Below the pieces are notes generated by a model that ran no database searches, was not told where the DNA came from, and saw only the letters and a program-made list of their open reading frames with translations. Below are positions 14,448 to 25,103 of a stretch of DNA of 55,682 bases, one piece after another; positions within the stretch are counted from its first letter, which is position 1, and each line of letters begins with the position of its first letter. The stretch lies in IMG/VR virus record IMGVR_UViG_3300025141_012107; one strand, written 5' to 3'. The translations under genes were made by a program, and so were the position numbers. Source of the DNA: an uncultured virus (IMG/VR IMGVR_UViG_3300025141_012107) (Duplodnaviria; Heunggongvirae; Uroviricota; Caudoviricetes).

Positions 14448-15916
14448 AACATAGAGAACTGTTCAAAATTACTCAGTACCATTGTCTCGGTAGGATAAAC
14501 ATCGCACCTGAATACATACTTGAATTCATCGACGACTTGTTCATAATGGTATCGGAAAGAGTGTTTTTCCTCCGAATCGTGACATACTATAAACTTGGCA
14601 ACATCTTTGATCTTACGAATTAAAGGAACTCTTGCTGCTGGAGGCTCTGCATCTACTAAAGCAACATCCCAGAACAAACCTTCTTTCCATTGGTCAAAAT
14701 CGAACTCTTCCCATTTGTTAAAATAGATTAGCTTATGATGGTCATTGGCAAAACCTTCGAACAGCTTGAAATACTCCTTGCCTTTTTCGGGACTTTTGGG
14801 ATTGCTCTCTATAGTCAGGAGTTGCCTGTTCAATGGAACGCAAAGGCTATGAAGCATGGGAGTGCTATAGTGTCCGCATCCCAACTCAAGGACGTTGCCC
14901 TTAGTCTGGGCGAAAGCAGACAAAAGCACGGGCAAATGAGTACCAGTTGACTTCATGGCATTGATTTTGGGCTTCTTTAGTGACTGGGGGCCACTGTCTG
15001 TCTTGACTTCTTGTCTGGCTTTTTGTCTCTCTTCTCTATTGGCTTTGGCGACAGAACGACCAATGTAGTTTACCAATACTGTGGGATCTCCGCCAATAAC
15101 AGGTTCTGATTCTTCTGGTTTTGGCTGGACTTTAGGAGTAAAGCTGTCTGGATCAACAATCATTTCATATTCGGGTAGTTCTTTAAGAGCAGCTACAATA
15201 TTCGCCGTTCTATTCCCTTGCACCCACCCGAATTTCTTGAACTTAGGTCGTCTATATAACGATCCCAGTCTTTTGGCACAATAAAACAGATAAGTATCTT
15301 GCGACGGAACGGGCAGCTTATACTGATCATCGATTTTGGCAGGACTAGTTACGTTTTTTGTCCATTCCGTATTGCCGAAATATATGAACGAGATAATACG
15401 ACTATGCTTGACCTTGTTGGACTTAGGGTCGTAAGGAATATTCAAAGGTTTTGAATCAGAGAACATGGGAACAGAATCCGCCCATGCATCCATCTTTTCA
15501 ATAGCATTGTTCGGCTTGGTATATCCCCAAGGACTGCTAATAAAGGCTGGATTATCTTCAAACCATTCATCAAAGATCCATTGGTCACTATTGGTTGCGA
15601 AGACATCTGTATCTATCTTCAAATACCAAGGCGTCTTAACTCTTTCCCCCGGAATAACCGTCAACGCAGTGAGCATATTTTCACGCTGAGTGTCGTACAA
15701 CCCTTCTGGGGGATCCCAGAAATGAATCTGAAAATCGTCTCGATTGCGAAGCATCTTAAAGACAGGATGAGTAATCTTAATTTGCTTGGCATCGCAGATG
15801 GCAAGAACAGGACATGTCGCCAGTTCTGGTTTGAAATGAGCCCAACTAGGATAGGTTACCACCAACTGGTCCGCATGAGCTTCGTCCAAACCTAATACCA
15901 TTGTAAAATCGATCAT
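14444..15916 (-). CDS. Glycosyltransferase (DxD) fused to a methyltransferase
   Basis: N-terminal KIDTD and QDT; C-terminal VLELGCG, ALVD, VCHD. Confidence 0.65.
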   Translation of the reverse strand: MIDFTMVLGLDEAHADQLVVTYPSWAHFKPELATCPVLAICDAKQIKITHPVFKMLRNRDDFQIHFWDPPEGLYDTQRENMLTALTVIPGERVKTPWYLKIDTDVFATNSDQWIFDEWFEDNPAFISSPWGYTKPNNAIEKMDAWADSVPMFSDSKPLNIPYDPKSNKVKHSRIISFIYFGNTEWTKNVTSPAKIDDQYKLPVPSQDTYLFYCAKRLGSLYRRPKFKKFGWVQGNRTANIVAALKELPEYEMIVDPDSFTPKVQPKPEESEPVIGGDPTVLVNYIGRSVAKANREERQKARQEVKTDSGPQSLKKPKINAMKSTGTHLPVLLSAFAQTKGNVLELGCGHYSTPMLHSLCVPLNRQLLTIESNPKSPEKGKEYFKLFEGFANDHHKLIYFNKWEEFDFDQWKEGLFWDVALVDAEPPAARVPLIRKIKDVAKFIVCHDSEEKHSFRYHYEQVVDEFKYVFRCDVYPTETMVLSNFEQFSML

Positions 15917-16782
15917 TCGTACTTGCCCTCAAATTCTTTGTTCGAGTCAGCTACGATCTTCTTCCATTCTCTTGGTTTCAGTCGCCCAACTTGTTTGTCA
16001 TTGGCCATCCATGTGTCCAAATGTTTCAGAAGACCAGAATCTATTAACTCTCCTGTACACTTCCACCACAGTCTTCCCGAAGGACGCTTGGTTGTTGCGT
16101 GTTTTCGGCCATGAAGATGCAGGATTTTAGCCTTCTTAATGTCGTCAAAAACAGCAGAACAATTCCAGACCGAATCCAACACCTTTGTCTTATGGCGGAA
16201 GAACATGCATTGACAAGCGATCTCGTCAACGATAAAACGGCACTTACCTTTGTACGTTGTCTCGATCCAGTCTTTCATGAATTCGTCAGACTCGCCTTTG
16301 GTTATGCCAAGGACCCCGGTATTGATTGCTGGACCAGCTACCAGGGCCTCCTCAATCTGTTTTTTAGGCAACACGTCGCCTAAACTGTTAATCCTCTTCT
16401 TCAACCTTTGCCCACTGGAAATCCAATTTGAGAACTGGGTAAGCAATGTAGGGGAGTCTTTGATCTGAGCAATAAGTGGATCTACATTGGTTAAGAAAAC
16501 AACGTCGGTATCAACTGCCAAGGTTATGTCGTATGGTGTCTTGTTGATGATCTCAGGCTTGATGGTATACCCTGTATTCCTCTTGCACGGAGACTTCAAA
16601 GGGAAGTATGTAACGTCTACGCCCAAACGTCCAAGATCTTCTGTCATTTCACCAACATACTCATCTTCGGCCAAGCATACCGTAGCGTTGCCGCTGTAAT
16701 GTTTTCGCAAAGTATAAGCCGCAACCATCATTCGCAAAGCACATTTGTTACCGAAGTTAAAAAAGAAAACTCCCTTAGACAT
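15913..16782 (-). CDS. GT8-like/nucleotide-diphospho-sugar transferase
   Basis: KP, VDTDVVF, INTGV, DE, WN, ILHLHG. Confidence 0.7.
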   Translation of the reverse strand: MSKGVFFFNFGNKCALRMMVAAYTLRKHYSGNATVCLAEDEYVGEMTEDLGRLGVDVTYFPLKSPCKRNTGYTIKPEIINKTPYDITLAVDTDVVFLTNVDPLIAQIKDSPTLLTQFSNWISSGQRLKKRINSLGDVLPKKQIEEALVAGPAINTGVLGITKGESDEFMKDWIETTYKGKCRFIVDEIACQCMFFRHKTKVLDSVWNCSAVFDDIKKAKILHLHGRKHATTKRPSGRLWWKCTGELIDSGLLKHLDTWMANDKQVGRLKPREWKKIVADSNKEFEGKYE

Positions 16783-16793
16783 AGTTTTAGCCT

Positions 16794-18077
16794 TTATTTA
16801 CCTTTTGGGGCCGGATGCTGTCCGTACCAGATGATGTTTTTCTTACGTTCAATCCTTCTGAATTTCTTACGCTGTTCTACCACTCTTTTTTCAACTTCGG
16901 TTATTTGGTCAGATATGTCTTTTACATCTGCATCAGGATGTTGCAGCAAACCGTGTAGTACATCTCTTTCTTCTTTCACGACATCCAAGTCTCCCCTGGC
17001 TTGGTCTAATTGGTCTTTGATGGCTTTCTTCTCTTCTTCCGATGCATTTGTGGGAACATATTCAACCTTGTTCTTCTTCTCTTTCTTTGCTGCCTCTTTA
17101 ATCTTTGCCCTTCGATCATAAAGACCTTCTGTTCTTTCGTTTGTTACATCCGGCAACATCGCAGTAGCATCTGCAACCGCCTCATCAAAATCGACAAACG
17201 GGAAGACCTTCAAAGCAGAATCTGGATTACAGTTAAAAACTTCGAACCCATGATCGTCGAAGATGGGCTTCAATTGAGTATATCGTTGAACCAAAAGCTT
17301 GTAAGTGTTCATGTTATTGTTTTGCGAAGACTTGGATCTATCTTGTTCGAAGTGGTATTTGTTTTTCTCGTCCATATTAAAATCGACGCCCAACAAATAC
17401 AGTTTTCTGATCCCAAGATAAAACATAAGCCTTACGGCGACCAGCATTACAGATCGTCCGCCGCCGAAACTTTTGTGATTTCCCCAGTTAAAAGTATCTT
17501 CAAACAGAAATTGTTCAGCTTTAAAATGCTCATTACGCCGAAAGTACCAAACGTTGGGGCAGTCCCCAACCTTGACTTTGGAGTCTTTCCATTTCTCATT
17601 ATCAAAAAGAGTCTTCTCTGTATGACAAAACGGAACGAATTTCATGATTGCGGGATCTAACCACGTACTTTTTATAAAATTGCCTGGGTCGTCAACGCAT
17701 GTCCATATGTTGGGGCGAAAAGATGCGACAGAATTATTGACGCACATTGTGACGATACCCGGTTGCTTAAGTTTTTCTTTGTCTATGTTCTTAAAAGATG
17801 GGCCGCCGCAAATTAAAAAGGCGCTTGCCCCTTTATACATGTCTCCCATATAGATAGAGTGACCATCTCTCGTAAAAATCATAGCTGGCGGCTGAAGATA
17901 TCTCCCGATATGGAATCCTTCGTGCCGTTCTCTGCTTTGTCTTAACCGAGAATGATCTGTATCATCCCTAGCCTCGCCTCCCAAAGGCTTGTGGATAATA
18001 CCGCTGATTTCTTCACCGACATCTGTAAAATAGCCTGGTGGAACTTTTCGAGCCATCCTCTCTCTCCATAGGAACAA
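16794..18077 (-). CDS. DUF115/MptE-like (Maf-type) glycan-modifying protein
   Basis: ICGGPSF, CVNNS, YLGIRKLYLLGVDF, VFNCN. Confidence 0.7.
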   Translation of the reverse strand: MFLWRERMARKVPPGYFTDVGEEISGIIHKPLGGEARDDTDHSRLRQSRERHEGFHIGRYLQPPAMIFTRDGHSIYMGDMYKGASAFLICGGPSFKNIDKEKLKQPGIVTMCVNNSVASFRPNIWTCVDDPGNFIKSTWLDPAIMKFVPFCHTEKTLFDNEKWKDSKVKVGDCPNVWYFRRNEHFKAEQFLFEDTFNWGNHKSFGGGRSVMLVAVRLMFYLGIRKLYLLGVDFNMDEKNKYHFEQDRSKSSQNNNMNTYKLLVQRYTQLKPIFDDHGFEVFNCNPDSALKVFPFVDFDEAVADATAMLPDVTNERTEGLYDRRAKIKEAAKKEKKNKVEYVPTNASEEEKKAIKDQLDQARGDLDVVKEERDVLHGLLQHPDADVKDISDQITEVEKRVVEQRKKFRRIERKKNIIWYGQHPAPKGK

Positions 18078-18145
18078 CGTCTACCACTGTAATCGACCAG
18101 TAATAGACTGTTCCTACAGTCTAAAGGATAGCGTCAAATCAGACA

Positions 18146-20395
18146 CTAATTTACGAGATCTGAAAGTTCGTCAGGAGAAAGAATCAACAGCAAGTTCTCA
18201 GCAGCCAATTCTTTAGCTTTTACCAACTTCGCCCTGTCAGGCTCTCCGTCACCATCGACAACATGAGTTGTCTTTCTGCTAACCGATCCACTCATCTTTC
18301 CGCCCAGAGCTTCAACTTTATCCTTCCAATAATCCTTGGAAGGCTCGATGCCGCCTGTTATGCAGAAAACCTTTCCAGTCAACTTGCCGGTTTTGGGATC
18401 TTCAACGTCAATATGATCCAAAAGAGCATTGATAGCGTCTGTATTAGAGACAAAGAAGTCATAAACGCCTTGAGCAGTTTTTGCCCCCACTCCCTCAACG
18501 CTTTCCAAATCCTCAACAGATGCCTTGCGAATGGCTGCAAAACTTCTGAAGTGTCCAGACAGTTCTCCGCTTGTCCCTTTTCCTGCACCCGGAATACCAA
18601 ACGAAGTCAGGAATTTCGATAAAGGAATCTCTTTCTTACGAGACCTGGCGATGGCGATAATGTCCAAAAGACGATCATTGTCTTTGATCTTCTCAGGCTC
18701 ATCGACCATATGAATGCGAGCAATTGCAAGAATAGCGTTTCGACTAGTTACGCCTGCTCCAACCAATTGAGTAACCGTCAGGTCATACAAATCGGCAGGA
18801 CGAACAACGTCCCCGTTTTCTACCAACTTGCCGCAAACGTCTTCAGCAACACCCTTCGCTCCAAAAGTCTGGAGAAAATGAACGAGCATATTAACGTTCT
18901 GGGCAGGACATCCAGAGCTATTGGGGCATTTGAGATCATATGTACCCTTGTGACTTCCTTCAACAACATCCAACGCATGACCGCATGACGGACAATTGCG
19001 AGGATACTTCTGTTTGCTGATATCAATATCAGGGACCTTGTCGTCGCCAGCGTCGAGCTTAGCAACGAATCGATTCTTACTATCGAATGTTCCAAGGCAT
19101 TCGGGAATGATCTTGCCAGATTTTCGAATCTGAATTCTACGACCAATCTTGATATTATTCCTGGCGATGAAGCCAAGACTGTGAAGAGAGCATCGTTTGA
19201 CGGTCGTTTGGGCAAGCTTTACGCCTCGGAACAAACCAACCGGCGTAATCCTTCCCGTTCTTCCCGTTGCCCATACTACGGAATCAAGAGTTGGACTAGC
19301 AGTTTCATCTGAAAACTTCCAAGCAAGCTTAGAACGAGGGTTGCCGGTATCTTTGTCGTTGGCTCTTCCTAACTGTTCGGACTGTTCAAGATCGTTTGCG
19401 GAAATAACGATGCCGTCAACTTCATAGTTTAAGTCGGCTGCCTTGTCTTCAAGAACTTGGAGAAGTTTGGCATCAAACTTTTCGATTCGAACATGTTGAA
19501 TACCAAGCTCCTGGCTACACCATTTGGCCCGTTCAATTTCAGTCTTGTACGGAGGATTTCCAGCGTCCATCCATTCAACGCTATGAGCAACAAAGCTAAC
19601 GCCACGCTTAGCCGTAATCTCAGGATTGTCGAACTGATGGATGCCACCAGTAGTTGCGTTACGAGGATTGGCAAACGTTCGCTCGCCATCTTCGGCCCGT
19701 TTCTTGTTCAGAGACTCGAAAACATCTTTCATCGTTTCGAGTTCTCCACGAATGCAAACGCTTAACTGATGAGGAAGCGTAACGGATACACCCTTGACAT
19801 GAGCCATGTTAACCGTAACATCTTCGCCAACAGTTGCGTCTCTTGATCGAAGACCGGCTCGTTCCAATCTCCCGTCAACGTAATAGAGAGAGACAGCTAC
19901 GCCGTCACGCTTGTATCCCATGGCCAGGAATTCTGGATCAAGCTTTTTGCTTTCAGGTATGCCAAGACGTTTCTTGCAGTCGTTGACCCATTTGATCAGC
20001 TTTTCTTGACGAACCTTGAGAGTCCCATTCGCCTTGTCGATGGAGACCATCGGAGGATCATGCTTTACCATCTTGCCCTGCATTTGACGTTGACTTCCGG
20101 TGACGCCATCGAGAACATCGGAGATGGTCTTAAGTACGTAGCTGACTTCATTAACGTCCTTGATTGAAGTCTGTAGCCACTTGAGTCTTTCTCTCATGGC
20201 GTCGTACTTGTCGTCAGAAACGATCTCCCCGGTATCGGGGTGAGTCGTGTCCTGACCTTCGTCTTGCATCGTATCGAGATGACTGACGATTCTGGCCAAA
20301 GATTTGGCCTCTGTTTCCATGGCCTTTAGAGAAGGCCGCTCTTGTCGATCTGCATCGGTCTTACCGAACAGATCTATACTTGGGGTTGATTGCAT
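18146..20395 (-). CDS. ligA: NAD-dependent DNA ligase
   Basis: KRDG adenylation motif, IRGE, FANPRNA, DGIV, AWKF, OB fold, Zn finger, HhH, BRCT. Confidence 0.95.
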   Translation of the reverse strand: MQSTPSIDLFGKTDADRQERPSLKAMETEAKSLARIVSHLDTMQDEGQDTTHPDTGEIVSDDKYDAMRERLKWLQTSIKDVNEVSYVLKTISDVLDGVTGSQRQMQGKMVKHDPPMVSIDKANGTLKVRQEKLIKWVNDCKKRLGIPESKKLDPEFLAMGYKRDGVAVSLYYVDGRLERAGLRSRDATVGEDVTVNMAHVKGVSVTLPHQLSVCIRGELETMKDVFESLNKKRAEDGERTFANPRNATTGGIHQFDNPEITAKRGVSFVAHSVEWMDAGNPPYKTEIERAKWCSQELGIQHVRIEKFDAKLLQVLEDKAADLNYEVDGIVISANDLEQSEQLGRANDKDTGNPRSKLAWKFSDETASPTLDSVVWATGRTGRITPVGLFRGVKLAQTTVKRCSLHSLGFIARNNIKIGRRIQIRKSGKIIPECLGTFDSKNRFVAKLDAGDDKVPDIDISKQKYPRNCPSCGHALDVVEGSHKGTYDLKCPNSSGCPAQNVNMLVHFLQTFGAKGVAEDVCGKLVENGDVVRPADLYDLTVTQLVGAGVTSRNAILAIARIHMVDEPEKIKDNDRLLDIIAIARSRKKEIPLSKFLTSFGIPGAGKGTSGELSGHFRSFAAIRKASVEDLESVEGVGAKTAQGVYDFFVSNTDAINALLDHIDVEDPKTGKLTGKVFCITGGIEPSKDYWKDKVEALGGKMSGSVSRKTTHVVDGDGEPDRAKLVKAKELAAENLLLILSPDELSDLVN

Positions 20396-20600
20396 GGCTT
20401 TTTTCCTTTCTGCAATAGTATATTATACTATCGGATATTCCGGCATTAAAAACAAGCCCCACAGACGCCCTGTGAGGCTTAGATTATACAACCATGTTAT
20501 GGCACTTCCAAGTCAGTAGAAGCTCTCATACGGCGTCTGAGGACAATAGATAAAGAACAAGCCCAATACTCGAAAGCAAGGGCTTGTCCTCGATCAGGGG

Positions 20601-21725
20601 CTATACAGTTTTGGTCTTGGGAGTCCTGAAACCAATCTTCTTTTTGACCTCAGCGTACTTGCCGCTTTCGGTCTTCCAACTCCATTTGTCCTTGCCAACC
20701 TGCTTCAGCCAGAACTTCTGAGGCATAGCGTGGCTGGTCGATTCGATGACTTTCCGGACGCTTTCGACCGTCAGGGTCTTGTACTTCTTGATGGCTTTCT
20801 CAAATACCAAATCCATGACTCTGGTAATGATTTTCAAACCCATCAAATCGCTAATCAGATAAGCCGTATGATCATTCCACAGATCTTTGTTTGTCTGAGC
20901 CCAGATGTTGTAGTACGCCCGAACCAGTTCGTACAGAACTTCCGGATTCATTTCGCTGACTTGGCGATGCCTGAAGATCGATGTCGAACGTTCGACGTAG
21001 TCCTTGAACCCAAGCATCTTGCCATGAGTGGCCTTTTGCCCATTGAAGCATTTAACCCGACGATGTAAAACCGATAAAACATCGAGGTTCAGACGATCAA
21101 ACAAAGCTCCCACTGCCTGTTCATCCTCAGGAAGACGTTTGGACTGGAACATCTGATGGGCAACAATAGCCTTGTTCTCCCGGTCCCCATGGTAGTTGAT
21201 GTCAGTATGCAATGCCTGTCGTTCAGCCGGAGTCCCGTCAACCATGCAAGACATCAACCAGACCCAATGGGAAGCAACGTCTCTGTTGCTCTTATGGTCA
21301 ACTGCCGACAATCCATGCTGCCCGTCATGGATCTGAATGAACTTCCCCTTTTGAGAGGGAAACTTGACTATGACAGGATTGATATCATTGCGGATATCGA
21401 ACCCATCGGGAGGAACGACTTCTGCACCATTGACCAACGTCCCAACAAGAGACTGAGGGCGAGTCGCTGCATTCCTGTCGATGGCGTCAGCAAACTGTTC
21501 GACATGGGCCTTGCGCTTGATACGTTGGTCGCCCAAGGGATTCGCTTCCGTATATTCTTCGACAAACGAAAGAAGACGACCTCGACTGTGGGGGAGACAG
21601 AATGAGACGAACTGAACTCCATTCTGTATGTAAAGGGTTCCCGGAATGGTAAAGGACGACCGACTAGGGTCAGACATGGGTTTGCCTCCAAGCAAAGGTT
21701 TGACGTTACGCCCGATATTCAACAT
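20601..21725 (-). CDS. DGQHR/DndB-like (ParB-fold) protein
   Basis: QR motif, IHDGQHG, LHTDIN; true start uncertain. Confidence 0.65.
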   Translation of the reverse strand: MLNIGRNVKPLLGGKPMSDPSRSSFTIPGTLYIQNGVQFVSFCLPHSRGRLLSFVEEYTEANPLGDQRIKRKAHVEQFADAIDRNAATRPQSLVGTLVNGAEVVPPDGFDIRNDINPVIVKFPSQKGKFIQIHDGQHGLSAVDHKSNRDVASHWVWLMSCMVDGTPAERQALHTDINYHGDRENKAIVAHQMFQSKRLPEDEQAVGALFDRLNLDVLSVLHRRVKCFNGQKATHGKMLGFKDYVERSTSIFRHRQVSEMNPEVLYELVRAYYNIWAQTNKDLWNDHTAYLISDLMGLKIITRVMDLVFEKAIKKYKTLTVESVRKVIESTSHAMPQKFWLKQVGKDKWSWKTESGKYAEVKKKIGFRTPKTKTV

Positions 21726-21795
21726 GATACCATGTTACCATACCTTATATGCGGTTGCAACCCTATCTGAGCAATAATTTTCAAATAATTTGGGG

Positions 21796-22821
21796 TTAAC
21801 TGTTGCCCGCCAATGTCTCGAATAACAGATGAAATACCTTGTCTTTCAAGGCATCCCACATTTTGTCCTTAATTTCGTCCGGAGAGTCGCTGAGCGAAAA
21901 CAGACCCAAAGGTACGCCAGCCCCGCCTTCCCCGAATTTGCCTCCGGCATATTCCTTGCCAAAGACCTTCTTGCAAAAGGCGTTTACATCCAATGAGGCA
22001 TTCTGACTTCTAATACTTGCTTCAAGTCTATCTCCCACAACGCCAAAGATGACTGACGTTTCAACTCCTTCGATCCTCAACATCTTGTCGGCAAAGACAG
22101 GCAAGGCATCTCGTTTAGCAGGACTGATCACGCCGATGGTTCCGACATAGACGGAATCAACAAACTTACCATTGCCGTCTTCGTTCATCAGCTTTTCCAA
22201 CTCAAGGAAATACCTTGGCCAAGGATAACTGACGATACCGCTCAGTTTCTTTCGATCAAGAAATGGATTCAAATCTTGGGCAGCTTGAAAATCCCTCTCC
22301 GTTGAAGTTTCTTTGATAAGATCAGACGTATCAGTACGGATGCCCAAAGACAGTGCCGTTGCGACCGACACTGGCATGTCTTCTAAAGATGCATCCTTTT
22401 TGTTGCAGATTTCTTTGATCAACTCCCAAACCAACGTAGAAGCTGCTCCCACAGATTCAATCAAAGAAATTCCGTCTTCCTCTTCGGAACGATGATGGTC
22501 AATCGTAACGTCGTGAACAGGAGCATTAACATTCTGAGTCGTAGCGTCCACGATGATACCCAGCCGATAGACTCCAGCCTTATATTCGTCGAAGCTATAG
22601 ATGCTCAGATCGAGGACGTTAAGCATCGTTTGGTTTTGAGGATGACTGATGCGACCTTCATAGAAGATCTTTGATTCCAGCTTATACACAGTTTGTAACA
22701 GCCATTGTATACCAACCGCAGCACCCACCGCATCTGGGTCAGGGGCTCGATGGGTAAAGATACCAACCTTGGTATCTAGATCGACGTTGGCAAAAATGTT
22801 ATCAAACTCATTGCAAAACAT
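21796..22821 (-). CDS. DHH/DHHA1 phosphoesterase
   Basis: HRAPDPDA, IVD, IDHH, GIRTDT, ASIRS, GGK.GEGG. Confidence 0.9.
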   Translation of the reverse strand: MFCNEFDNIFANVDLDTKVGIFTHRAPDPDAVGAAVGIQWLLQTVYKLESKIFYEGRISHPQNQTMLNVLDLSIYSFDEYKAGVYRLGIIVDATTQNVNAPVHDVTIDHHRSEEEDGISLIESVGAASTLVWELIKEICNKKDASLEDMPVSVATALSLGIRTDTSDLIKETSTERDFQAAQDLNPFLDRKKLSGIVSYPWPRYFLELEKLMNEDGNGKFVDSVYVGTIGVISPAKRDALPVFADKMLRIEGVETSVIFGVVGDRLEASIRSQNASLDVNAFCKKVFGKEYAGGKFGEGGAGVPLGLFSLSDSPDEIKDKMWDALKDKVFHLLFETLAGNS

Positions 22822-22839
22822 AAATTTCCTTATTTGTGA

Positions 22840-23022
22840 TTAATCTTGACTTCCTGTTCCTTCTGCTTTTAGCTTATGTAGGTCGTCGCTGATTTCGTCA
22901 ATCTTTTTCTTAAGTTTGGCGAACTTCCATACATACTTGGTTTCACACATATGCCATCCGATTACACCAGACAGCAAACAGGCCAAAACCACAGTCAGCC
23001 AAATAGCTGGAGACACAATCAT
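22840..23022 (-). CDS. Small membrane protein
   Basis: Hydrophobic N-terminus. Confidence 0.5.
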   Translation of the reverse strand: MIVSPAIWLTVVLACLLSGVIGWHMCETKYVWKFAKLKKKIDEISDDLHKLKAEGTGSQD

Positions 23023-23294
23023 CCTCCTCCGGAAATAGCTAGAGCGATATAGACTTCATCTTCATCGGCTAACTTGGTATCCACGCCATTGAGAAAACGC
23101 ATGTCCTCGCTATTGATGTAAATGTTGACGAATTTGTTCATCTGTCCATCTTTGACGATCCTATTGTGAAGGTCTGGGAAGTTTAATTCTATATTCCTAA
23201 GCATAGTGCTTACAGTATTAGCCCTGACCTCTATAAAGTCGTTGTCATTTGCGAACGGTTTCAGTGCTGTCGGTATTTCTACTTTCATAACCAC
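23019..23294 (-). CDS. MoaD/ThiS/CysO-like ubiquitin-like sulfur carrier
   Basis: VEIPTALK, FVNIYIN.EDMRFL.G.DT.L, C-terminal SGGG. Confidence 0.9.
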   Translation of the reverse strand: MVMKVEIPTALKPFANDNDFIEVRANTVSTMLRNIELNFPDLHNRIVKDGQMNKFVNIYINSEDMRFLNGVDTKLADEDEVYIALAISGGG

Positions 23295-23458
23295 TTGTCC
23301 TCATCAGACATTCCTGATATTTCCTTGATAGCACCAAATATCTTTTGGACTATCGCTGTACTGCAACATGTTACTCTACATGTTCCCCACTTCAACTTGT
23401 TTGCCCTTTTCTTTTTTGAATACTTGGAGTAGTACTCTGCCATTGAGTTACGGTCGCA

Positions 23459-24127
23459 CTACTGAGGCAATGGAGCAAGAGAATAATCAACAAACATTTC
23501 TATGCCCGCCTCATACAATACCTTTTTCGCCCTGATCACACCAACTCCTTTGAATTCTTCATCTCCGCTTTCAAGACATTCCTTAATAACGTCGTTAATT
23601 GTCTTGTCGTCATCGGCTGCAAGGTATCTTTTAACCACTTCATTAGCTATACTTGCGTTGGGAACCGAATTTTCCCGGTCCTTCAAGACGCTGAAGATAA
23701 ATCCATCTTCCTTTTCCTTGTCGCCGAAATTCAGGATCTCGATCTTGTCAACTCGGATTTCATCAAGCGGGATCGTACCTTCGTCGGACCCAGGCAATAC
23801 GACTCTTCGTATTGTGTTCCTCATGGTCGCAAAATGATTGCTCATTTCCTGACGAACATCTTTGAAGAAGTCCTTTATAGCCCCCTCTTCGTCGATTGTC
23901 AACTCTCTCTCGTAAAGAGCAGAACGAAGACCGTGAGTAAGAGAACCAGGATCTGGATCAAACTGGAACGTTGTGTTAGAGTCTTTGCTCTTCAGCTTCC
24001 CTTTGCTCAGTTCAAAATCGTAGTCTATCGTTTCCTCGTCTGCTTTTTGATCAAAAGTGTTAACAAGTTCGTCTGCAAGTTTATGAACATTAGTAGGAAC
24101 GATGAATTCCATAATATCTTTAGGCAT
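23459..24127 (-). CDS. Hypothetical protein
   Basis: 222-aa ORF with GGAG RBS. Confidence 0.7.
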   Translation of the reverse strand: MPKDIMEFIVPTNVHKLADELVNTFDQKADEETIDYDFELSKGKLKSKDSNTTFQFDPDPGSLTHGLRSALYERELTIDEEGAIKDFFKDVRQEMSNHFATMRNTIRRVVLPGSDEGTIPLDEIRVDKIEILNFGDKEKEDGFIFSVLKDRENSVPNASIANEVVKRYLAADDDKTINDVIKECLESGDEEFKGVGVIRAKKVLYEAGIEMFVDYSLAPLPQ

Positions 24128-24301
24128 TTGTCGATCTCCAGAAAGTTAGATAATAGCTATTGTTATTATCGGCAGATCGGGGAAAAACAAAGCAGGAGCT
24201 ATCCCTAATCTTGGGTTCCTGCCTGCCTGAGGCGTAGAAAATCATATGGACCAATGACTTTAGGGACCTCATTCAGTCCCTAGTGTATCACGGTTTAGAC
24301 A

Positions 24302-24997
24302 CTATGAAACATTCCCGTAGGCATGGTGAACGATTATTTTCCCATTTCCATCAGTAATAAAGATAACATCTCCAGTATTGTTCCAAACTGGAGACCTACG
24401 ACCCCAATAAAGGTCTGTCTGAGTGTCCTGTCCTATCCCGGTGCGGATGCGGACAACCCCTGATGGGGGCAAAGCGTATCCAAGAGGGAAGTCGTAGCTA
24501 TAACCTGCTAGATCATTTATCACCCATCCATACAAGTTTATGCTAACAGACCCGTTGTTGGTAATTTCTATCCATTCTTCAGTAAGATTAAGTCGATCAC
24601 TTCCCGGAGGATTTGCATTTACAGCAGATATCACAAGGCTGGGCTCTTCAATAAACTTCATTAAGAGTGTATCGGCATCCAAGTAGTCAACTATTTCAGT
24701 TTCCTTACCATTGATAAGCAACTCTACGTCCGCTGAATACAACTGAACATTCAACCCATCAAAGTGTACTTTGAATGTTTTTTCGTCTACCGACGACGAA
24801 GAAGAAGCCGAAGAAGGCTCTACAGACACATGGGGAGGGGGATCAGACGACTCGGATGACCTGGTAGATCCCGAAGATTCAGACGACGAAGAAGCAGACG
24901 ACTGTTCGGGAGCAACAGATGGAGATGGAGAAACATGGGGTTGCGATGAATCTGACGACCGATCTGGGTCTGGTGATATTGAAGCTGGGTGACTCAC
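24302..24997 (-). CDS. Lamin-tail-domain protein with Ser/Pro-rich N-terminus
   Basis: EEWIEITNNG...L.GW.I.D, LYWG...VWNNTGD; start revised to GTG after TAGGAG. Confidence 0.8.
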   Translation of the reverse strand: MSHPASISPDPDRSSDSSQPHVSPSPSVAPEQSSASSSSESSGSTRSSESSDPPPHVSVEPSSASSSSSVDEKTFKVHFDGLNVQLYSADVELLINGKETEIVDYLDADTLLMKFIEEPSLVISAVNANPPGSDRLNLTEEWIEITNNGSVSINLYGWVINDLAGYSYDFPLGYALPPSGVVRIRTGIGQDTQTDLYWGRRSPVWNNTGDVIFITDGNGKIIVHHAYGNVS

Positions 24998-25018
24998 AAA
25001 AAATCTCCTAGTAATAAA

Positions 25019-25092
25019 TGCCCCTGAGAGGATTCGAACCTCTGACCTCCGCCATGTCGAGGCGGCGCTGCTTGCCACTGAGCTACAGGAGC
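25019..25092 (-). tRNA. tRNA-Val(GAC), atypical (C33)
   Basis: Cloverleaf; loop TCGACAT. Confidence 0.75.
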
Positions 25093-25103
25093 TTGGTTGG
25101 GTG

